This document shows positions 9,778 through 16,848 of a stretch of 25,661 nt of DNA, piece by piece; positions within the stretch are counted from its first letter, which is position 1; every line of letters starts with the position of its first letter. Source of the DNA: a virus (taxonomy: Duplodnaviria; Caudoviricetes). The stretch is from positions 1-25,661 of IMG/VR virus record IMGVR_UViG_3300022868_000089; one strand, given 5' to 3'. The notes under the pieces were generated by a model. The model was not told where the DNA came from, did not search any database, and worked only from the letters and a program-made list of their open reading frames with translations. Made by a program: the position numbers and the translations under genes.

Positions 9778-10490
9778 CTTTTTTCCATCTTTCCTTGTCT
9801 GATGCCTAACAAGTATCCCCAACGGACGCTTATGATAACTATATTTTTAAGTCGTATAGCTATATTGTTTTGCATCGCGTACTTTCGTTTCAACTCATAA
9901 TACTCTTCCGGCATGTTCTTTCCATAGTTGGAATAAGTTATTAAATTTAGTTCCTTATCCAATATCAAACTCAAAACATCCAAGGAGAAGTTTAGCCTAC
10001 GTCCCGCCTTTATCCGCCACTTCATACGGTCAGTAACGTACTCGCGCACATAGTCAAGTAACCGCTGGTCATAAACATTCTGTATAGCGAGTTCACTTGG
10101 GATAGGAAATGTACCGTAACTAGCGAGATGGCACCTTGTCAGAACATCAACTTTATCCGCATCGTCCAACATGAGCTGTGCTCTATTAAATGTGTGTTCA
10201 GGCATATCTTTCGCTAGCGCATTTCGTGCTTTGTAAAGAGTAATAGTTATGATGTTACCTCTTTTAACATCGAACTTCTTCTTCTTCAAGAATCCCCACA
10301 ATGATATAGCTGTCTCCTGAACGATGTCCTCAATCATTGACAGGTTAGATACGCTTCTCTTCATCTGGTACTGAACCAATCTTGGTAGGTACTTGTAGAG
10401 CATTTCAAAACACTCATTCAGCACCTCCTCATTATCGTTAGCTGCATAGTCTAAATACAGTTTGTTAAACGCCTTTTTATCTAGCGACAT
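9774..10490 (-). CDS. RNA polymerase sigma factor (sigma70/ECF-like region 2)
   Basis: DNEEVLNECFEMLYKYLPRLV...IEDIVQETAISLW...KFD resembles sigma region 2. Region 4 is not clearly recognisable. Confidence 0.7.
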   Translation of the reverse strand: MSLDKKAFNKLYLDYAANDNEEVLNECFEMLYKYLPRLVQYQMKRSVSNLSMIEDIVQETAISLWGFLKKKKFDVKRGNIITITLYKARNALAKDMPEHTFNRAQLMLDDADKVDVLTRCHLASYGTFPIPSELAIQNVYDQRLLDYVREYVTDRMKWRIKAGRRLNFSLDVLSLILDKELNLITYSNYGKNMPEEYYELKRKYAMQNNIAIRLKNIVIISVRWGYLLGIRQGKMEKR

Positions 10491-12405
10491 CTACTTGTAC
10501 CTTCGTCTCACCCTTTATTTTCGTAACGGTAATAATCTTATCAAAAATTCCACTATCTGCCAAGTCTTTATTGTGGGTAATAACAAATACACCATCTCGC
10601 TCTGCCTTTTCTCTACCAAGCAAAGATAGTGTCCAGTCAAGATTTTCATCATCGAGCACCTTGAACAGTTCATCGAATATTAATATATTGAGCCGCGAAT
10701 GTCCAACACACTGTGATAAAGAGCAGAGCGTCAGTAGAACAGGCATGTCTATTATATTCTTTTCTCCTCCTGATAGCTGCTCGTAGCTTTTAGATCCATT
10801 CTGCATATCTACCTGTACTTCAAACTTTTCTCTCAACTCACCGCTCTTTAATTTCCTCTGTGTGTTGAATGTTACTTCTACTCCTTCAGGCAAGTACTGA
10901 CGTATCCGGTCATTCATAAACGGTGTTATAGACTTCAACACCAATGACCGTATTCCGCTGCCTGAGCACATACTCTGCACGAACCATAATGCTTCTACCT
11001 CTTCGTCTACACCCACAAGCGTTTCGTTTACTACACTTATCTTGGTTTTGATGTCCTTTATAATCTTGCGAAGAGAATTGATTGTTTCTTTATGTGGGTT
11101 AGGGGCTTTCTTCAACATCTTTATACTTTCAGTCACAGTTGAAATGTCTTTATCAAGAGAATTAACGGCAGTGGTATATCTCTTTTTTACTCTTTCAAAC
11201 TCATCAAGTTCTTTGTCCAACTTACCGATTTGTATGATAGTAGCTTTGTACAGTTCCTTATGATGGAGAATCTTTTTTGCTAATTCCTTGTATTCCTTAT
11301 CATCGGATTCCTTACGATTTGATAGTTGTTCATGGCGTTTTTCTGCTTTTTCTAATTTTCCGTATGCGTCACTGTGTAGCACATCTTTGGATTCAGGTGT
11401 TATTGTTGACCCACAATTACCACAAGTAACATCTTCATCAAGACTATTAATCCTGTCCAGTTCAGTGTTCGACTCTTTAATAATAACCTCTTCCGCCTGG
11501 ATCTTAACACCAAATACCGAGAGTGACGTTTTAACAGTAGCTAAAGCTATATTGTGCTTTTCCATCTGAGCAAACTCATCGTCCTTTTTCTTCTCTAAAG
11601 ACTTTCCTTTTTTGAGTATCTTTGTTTCTTTACTGGTAACAACTTGCAAGCTATCCTGCACAATTACAAGCTCCTTCTTCATGTTTGATAAATCTTGCTG
11701 TTTGCTCTTTACCTCTTTAGCTCTATCTGCGTTATACGTGGTTTCTTTTTGTTGTGCTTCTTTGCCTAACTTTTTCTTAGATAAAATATCAGCGTTTAAC
11801 TCAGCTATTTTCTCTTCTGAACTTTCCTTATCCATCTGCTTTCCTTCAGCTAATCGACCAGCAGCGCGGGACATATCAGTTAGATGAGTGAATAAACCTG
11901 CTGCTTTCTCAACAATTTCTTTCTGATCTTTATCGGTACATCCAGAAAAGAACTGTGTACTCTGCTGTGAAAACAGGAATGAATTAGTGAAGGACAGCAA
12001 CGTGCAACCGATTACTTCCTGGATATAGGCGTTTGTTTCCTTGTTATCTTTTCTCGTAATATCATCCGAGGTTCCATCATCACCCAAAACAGTAATCTTA
12101 ACATTGTTTTCATGGACGCTATGCTTCCTGTATCGAGATATTCGATAGGTATAATCGCCGTCTTCAACCCAAACACTAACCTCACAGTCCTTACCAACAG
12201 CTTCATTTACTACTTCATCTTTACCGGGACCGCGATCTGTCTTACCAAATATGCACCACAATATGGCTTCTGAAAAGATAGTTGATTTTCCGGCACCGTT
12301 CTTACCAACTATCATACACGCTGTTCCTACCTTGAAAACGTCATCACCAAGAATTACTTCTTTCACTCGGCAGAAATTACGAATCTCTAATCTGGTTATC
12401 CTCAT
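10477..12405 (-). CDS. sbcC: SbcC/Rad50-like (gp46-like) ATPase
   Basis: Walker A GKNGAGKST, Q-loop FSQQ, coiled coil with CGNC zinc hook, signature LSGGEK, Walker B ILIFDE, H-loop VITH. Confidence 0.95.
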   Translation of the reverse strand: MRITRLEIRNFCRVKEVILGDDVFKVGTACMIVGKNGAGKSTIFSEAILWCIFGKTDRGPGKDEVVNEAVGKDCEVSVWVEDGDYTYRISRYRKHSVHENNVKITVLGDDGTSDDITRKDNKETNAYIQEVIGCTLLSFTNSFLFSQQSTQFFSGCTDKDQKEIVEKAAGLFTHLTDMSRAAGRLAEGKQMDKESSEEKIAELNADILSKKKLGKEAQQKETTYNADRAKEVKSKQQDLSNMKKELVIVQDSLQVVTSKETKILKKGKSLEKKKDDEFAQMEKHNIALATVKTSLSVFGVKIQAEEVIIKESNTELDRINSLDEDVTCGNCGSTITPESKDVLHSDAYGKLEKAEKRHEQLSNRKESDDKEYKELAKKILHHKELYKATIIQIGKLDKELDEFERVKKRYTTAVNSLDKDISTVTESIKMLKKAPNPHKETINSLRKIIKDIKTKISVVNETLVGVDEEVEALWFVQSMCSGSGIRSLVLKSITPFMNDRIRQYLPEGVEVTFNTQRKLKSGELREKFEVQVDMQNGSKSYEQLSGGEKNIIDMPVLLTLCSLSQCVGHSRLNILIFDELFKVLDDENLDWTLSLLGREKAERDGVFVITHNKDLADSGIFDKIITVTKIKGETKVQVDVAR

Positions 12406-13535
12406 TTTAATACACCGGCCACTTTCCTAACAAACTTACGTGTTCCTGTTAATCCTTTATTTGTGAGATGTACTTCTTCCATAACTTCTTTTACAGCAGC
12501 GGATACCGAGGAGTGGGACAAATCGGTGGGACAGTAGTCTGTAATGTATTGCTTGACACATTCATCGAAGCCAAGGCCGTAGTACTCTTTCCCAGCCAAA
12601 CCCGCGTCTTTATCTGCTTCATCTGTAGCTCTCACCAGTAGCACTTCAACATCTCTGGCTCCTGCTCTCAATAATTGACTCTTAATCTCTTCTGGAGTAG
12701 TGTCTTTATTTCCCATTGGCAAAGCTACTGTATAGAAATGTTCTCCTACGCAACTTGGTTCAAGATCATCGTAGTTTTTCCTTATGAACTTTGGAAACTG
12801 TAACGGCACTCTTGATACCTTCTTACCATCCAGCAACCATAGATATCTATCTCCATCTTCTTCTGAACTTACGCTATCGTTTCTATCCATATGTAAACCA
12901 GCACCAATAAAGATAGTACTCTTCTTAACTGAAGGATGATGATAGTGAGCGAAGAAACAGATAACAGACTTTGCTCCTTCTTGCTTGAGGACTGTCTTTA
13001 ACTCTTTGACACTTATCCCTTTTTCACTTTTTACTCCGGTAGCGAATCTCGCTCCTTTAACCTCTACATGACCAATAACAACAATATCCTTGCCGTGTAT
13101 TTGATTGTCCATCAAGAATCCTTTTGTTATTTCTGAATCATACGGCAGAGCAAGGACATGTCTGCCATCAACCTCAATAAGTTCTGGCTCATCATAGACA
13201 TTTCCAATATCAGCAAAAGGCGCTATTGAAGAGTGCTTACAGGATTCTCTAAGGAAAAGATCGTGGTTTCCTACAATGAAATGCAACTTAATTCCAAGGC
13301 AAGAAACAAATCGTAACGCTTTCCATACAGCATGATACACCGGAACATCTATCCTATATCTGTTATGGAAGATGTCACCACCAAGGAAAAGCTCATTAAT
13401 TCCTTTACTGTAACACTCTTTACCGGCCTGTTCAATAACACTGACGATATCATTCAGCCTAGCATCTTTTCCATCAACTATAGAGTTGAATGTCTGATAT
13501 CGCCTACCGTGGAGATCTCCAAGTATTGCAATCAT
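12402..13535 (-). CDS. sbcD: SbcD/Mre11-like (gp47-like) nuclease
   Basis: Metallophosphoesterase motifs GDLH, GGDIFH, GNHD, GH and AHYH. Coupled to sbcC by ATGA. Confidence 0.93.
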   Translation of the reverse strand: MIAILGDLHGRRYQTFNSIVDGKDARLNDIVSVIEQAGKECYSKGINELFLGGDIFHNRYRIDVPVYHAVWKALRFVSCLGIKLHFIVGNHDLFLRESCKHSSIAPFADIGNVYDEPELIEVDGRHVLALPYDSEITKGFLMDNQIHGKDIVVIGHVEVKGARFATGVKSEKGISVKELKTVLKQEGAKSVICFFAHYHHPSVKKSTIFIGAGLHMDRNDSVSSEEDGDRYLWLLDGKKVSRVPLQFPKFIRKNYDDLEPSCVGEHFYTVALPMGNKDTTPEEIKSQLLRAGARDVEVLLVRATDEADKDAGLAGKEYYGLGFDECVKQYITDYCPTDLSHSSVSAAVKEVMEEVHLTNKGLTGTRKFVRKVAGVLK

Positions 13536-13978
13536 TCTGTGCGTTTACCATCCTTTGAGTACTCTAGCGCATTATCTATCTGCTCCTGCCGAGGCCACAT
13601 CCACCTAAAACAGTACCCCGGATGTTGATAACGAGCCTCTATTCTAGCCATATCCTCGTCAATACTTTTAATGATTATTGCTTCTCTTTCTGCTGAAAGA
13701 TTTATTGTACCATCTTCATCCGGTTTACCTGCGCTATTTATCAAGTAGAAAACAGACGCTTGTGACGGCATGACAATCTCTTTCCCGCCACCAAGAAATT
13801 GATATTTTTCTTTTTCAAGGAAATCAAGAAGAGTTCGCATAGCAACATAATAATCCGCTCCTTCAACAGAGGCCAAAACTACATCATCATCCATCAATGA
13901 TGCAATTACAAGTGCGCGTTTATCGGGATCAAAAGTGTCTGCCGTAACCTTTTCATACTCTGCAACTAACTTAATCAT
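13532..13978 (-). CDS. Hypothetical protein (148 aa)
   Basis: Translationally coupled to recA (TAATG) and sbcD (ATGA). No recognisable motif. Confidence 0.65.
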   Translation of the reverse strand: MIKLVAEYEKVTADTFDPDKRALVIASLMDDDVVLASVEGADYYVAMRTLLDFLEKEKYQFLGGGKEIVMPSQASVFYLINSAGKPDEDGTINLSAEREAIIIKSIDEDMARIEARYQHPGYCFRWMWPRQEQIDNALEYSKDGKRTE

Positions 13979-15009
13979 TACTTTATCTCCTTTAAATAGT
14001 ACTTCCAGCTATCAGGCAATAACTTATCAGCGTTATCAGCTAACACAGTCTTGAGATTAGTAGACTGAAACTTATCTTCCTCACCGGGAATTGAATACCA
14101 ACTACCATTTTGCTCCAGCAGTCCTTGTTGCACCATAACGGGCAATCCACATTTATACCGCATTATACCTCTATCAAAAAGAGTAATGAAATTAGCTTTC
14201 ACATACGGAGGAGAGAACTTATTCTTCGTAGTGGTCATAGCTCCTTCCAAACCGATAACTGGAGCACCTTCTTTTTTTCGTACTCTCTTACCCATGCGTA
14301 ACCAAAGGCGTAAGGTGGAATGAAACTTAATCGCTCTACCGCCCACTGTAACAATGTCATCACCATACATAACTCCGACATTATCACGTGTCTGGTTTAC
14401 GAGCACAAGGCAAACACGAGACTTAGATAATGCTCCTGTTACCTTCCGTATGTGACCCATGGCTCTTGCTCTTGCTGCCATCTCAGCGCCGAACTTTACA
14501 TTACCTTTCTTATCAACCTCCAGCTTTGCTACCGACCCAGCAACTGAATCCCACACAATAACTCCAGGTTTTTTATCCTTTTTTCGCGCCGCCAAGAATA
14601 TTTCTATTTCTTCCCAACACTCTTCAATCAAGATTCCTGGTGCGACATATACAAACCGCTCTTTATCAATTCCAAGAACTCCTATGAAATGTGCCGGGTG
14701 GGAGCCTTCAATATCAAGGTACATCCCATATCCTCCCATGCGCTGTACCTCTCTAATAGCGTGGATACCTAGTAGAGTCTTGCCTGTGGAAAAATCACCA
14801 TAAACCTCAACCACTCTACCGAACGGAAATCCACCACCACAGGCAATGTCAATAGATAGCACTCCGGTAGAAACTAATTCTTTAATATCTGATGTGTAAA
14901 CCTTTTCATCTGAAAGGAGAACGGCTCTCTTACTTCCGCCTAATATCTTAGATGGAGGTTTCGGTTCTATTACACTTTCCTTCTTGCTGACTGCTTTTCG
15001 TTTTACCAA
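13978..15009 (-). CDS. recA: RecA/UvsX recombinase
   Basis: STGVLSIDIACGGGFPFGRVVEVYGDFSTGKT, YLDIE, IVWDSV, VNQTR, GGRAIKFH and KNKFSPPY motifs. TTG start. Confidence 0.95.
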   Translation of the reverse strand: MVKRKAVSKKESVIEPKPPSKILGGSKRAVLLSDEKVYTSDIKELVSTGVLSIDIACGGGFPFGRVVEVYGDFSTGKTLLGIHAIREVQRMGGYGMYLDIEGSHPAHFIGVLGIDKERFVYVAPGILIEECWEEIEIFLAARKKDKKPGVIVWDSVAGSVAKLEVDKKGNVKFGAEMAARARAMGHIRKVTGALSKSRVCLVLVNQTRDNVGVMYGDDIVTVGGRAIKFHSTLRLWLRMGKRVRKKEGAPVIGLEGAMTTTKNKFSPPYVKANFITLFDRGIMRYKCGLPVMVQQGLLEQNGSWYSIPGEEDKFQSTNLKTVLADNADKLLPDSWKYYLKEIK

Positions 15010-15040
15010 TTAAATCACGCTTTCATTTTGCTTCTAGTAG

Positions 15041-15128
15041 TGGACCGGATGGGGGTCGAACCCACGTCCTCCCTGTTTTCCGTCTATTTCGGAACACATC
15101 AGGCGCTCTCCCTTTGAGCTACCGGTCC
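15041..15128 (-). ncRNA. tRNA-like RNA with an extended (32 nt) anticodon arm; no assignable anticodon
   Basis: Minus strand reads GGACCGG TA GCTC AAAGGGA GAGC G [CCTG ATGTG TTCCG AAATAGA CGGAA AA CAGG] GAGGAC GTGGG TTCGACC CCCAT CCGGTCC A. It has a perfect 7 bp acceptor stem, a D arm and a T arm with TTCGA. It is followed by CTA, not CCA. Confidence 0.8.
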
Positions 15129-15206
15129 GTTTAAAACTTACTTCTTGCGCTTCACGCCACGCTTAACCTTTTTCTTGGGTGGCGGATCATCTTCTTCCTC
15201 GTCCAG

Positions 15207-16241
15207 TCATGCTTGAACATCATCCGCGAGATCATCGAAATCGAAATCCAAATCATCACTATCAAAATCTATGTCATCGCTGGAGTCAGCGTCATCAGCC
15301 TCGTCCGTCTCGAAAGGAGCCTCCTCATCATCTTTGCCTAAGTCAAATTCATCTTCATCCTCGACAGGTTCTTCTTTCTTAGGCTTAGGCTTTTTAGCCT
15401 TTGGCTTCTTTGCCTTCGGTTTTGGCTTGGGCTTCTCTTCAACCTCGTCCTCTTCACCATCTATGTTGATATCGTCATCATCAACGTCAACGAACAAATC
15501 GTCCTCGTCAATAACTACCTCTTTCTTTGCCTTCGGCTTCCTTTCAGACTTAGCTGTATCATAGGACTCATCAACATCGTCATCCTCGTACAAGATTCCT
15601 TTTATCTCTTCGGTGGTAAGGAACTCTGCCTCTTCATCAAGGTTATTAAGTTTCTTGAGCAAGGACTTCCACGCTTTGGTATTCTTAATAGAAGACGGCT
15701 TACCACCAGCGCGGATATCGTAGTTAGGCCATTCACGCTTGGACTTGGGATCTTTGACCATCGTTTTTGTGATAGTCAAAACTCGTCCGGTGAGCTGGTC
15801 AGTAATGTCACCAAAATCAGGATCGTTGATGATACCGAGAATGGGATTAAGAGTCTTGATACCAAACTCAAACTTCTGCACCCCAGCTTTAGTATCGTCA
15901 ACATCTATGACATTACACAGATAGCGGGACTTAGCGCCGATGCGACTAGCGAACTCTCTATCCTGTGAATCTCCACTCTTGTAACGCTTCTTGACATAGG
16001 AGCATACAGGACACTTTTTACCGTCCATCTTCGGACAATAAATCTTTTCTTCATCCTCACCTACTCCGTAATGTACTCTGATTTCCGTAAAGAATCTACG
16101 CATGTCTTGATGCGGAGGCATAATTCGTATCCGCGTTTTATCACTCAGGCTGATGTAACCTGGGCGACCGGCGGATTCTCCAGCCAGCTTCTTTTCTACC
16201 TTTGCATGATACTGTTTCAAATCATCTAAATCTAGTCCCAT
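15207..16241 (-). CDS. Single-stranded DNA-binding protein, gp32-like
   Basis: RIRIMPP, H...CP...CPVC zinc motif, RYLCNVID and DITDQLTGR motifs. Long acidic/Lys-rich C-terminal tail. Lies between the UvsY-like gene and recA. Confidence 0.85.
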   Translation of the reverse strand: MGLDLDDLKQYHAKVEKKLAGESAGRPGYISLSDKTRIRIMPPHQDMRRFFTEIRVHYGVGEDEEKIYCPKMDGKKCPVCSYVKKRYKSGDSQDREFASRIGAKSRYLCNVIDVDDTKAGVQKFEFGIKTLNPILGIINDPDFGDITDQLTGRVLTITKTMVKDPKSKREWPNYDIRAGGKPSSIKNTKAWKSLLKKLNNLDEEAEFLTTEEIKGILYEDDDVDESYDTAKSERKPKAKKEVVIDEDDLFVDVDDDDINIDGEEDEVEEKPKPKPKAKKPKAKKPKPKKEEPVEDEDEFDLGKDDEEAPFETDEADDADSSDDIDFDSDDLDFDFDDLADDVQA

Positions 16242-16256
16242 AATAATTCCTCTTTC

Positions 16257-16802
16257 CTATTCATCGTCCTCATCTGAATCGTCAGTTAAATGACTCACAA
16301 TCTTTGACGCCTTATCAGCCAATGCCTCTATGTCTGACGCATGCTCCTTTCTCTGCGTTGCTCCAAGACTGATGAGCATGTTGGCTCGTTGTTCAAACGA
16401 CTTCTTGGCTACCTTCAGTAACTTCCATTGAAGTTCTGCCTTACGAAGAGTAGATGTTGCCTGTTGATACGACTCATCCTGATTCACTGTATTCTTAATT
16501 TGCGCCTCTGTAGGAGGCTTTGGTTGTTCTTCCTTCAGTGTGGCACGAGTCTCTTCACCTAGAACGGCAAACATTGCATTTCGCTCGTCCTCCAGCTTGT
16601 TCACAAGACCTTCAGCATTAGCTTCTAAACTTGCCCAATATGCGTATTTGCCAGACTGCTCCGCGAACTCCTTGGACAAATCCTCGGCGTTGACTTTGAT
16701 CTCTTCACGCAAATTGATCTTCTTCTTCATGTGGAGAAACGGTAACATGACAGAAAACAATAACGGATCTCTCTCCTTTTGCTGTTTTTTATCCTTTGGC
16801 AT
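16257..16802 (-). CDS. UvsY-like recombination mediator
   Basis: Helical protein with EFAEQSGKYAYWA, PTEAQIKNTV and SFEQRANML patterns. Adjacent to SSB and recA. Confidence 0.6.
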   Translation of the reverse strand: MPKDKKQQKERDPLLFSVMLPFLHMKKKINLREEIKVNAEDLSKEFAEQSGKYAYWASLEANAEGLVNKLEDERNAMFAVLGEETRATLKEEQPKPPTEAQIKNTVNQDESYQQATSTLRKAELQWKLLKVAKKSFEQRANMLISLGATQRKEHASDIEALADKASKIVSHLTDDSDEDDE

Positions 16803-16848
16803 AATTTATTCCATTTCCTTCCTCTTACTATAAAGATGTGCCCACGCG

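Noticed and set aside
15187-15210. Mini-ORF MTGRGRR* starting in an ATGA overlap with the SSB stop
   Set aside because: Only 7 codons. The in-frame extension of SSB explains this sequence better.
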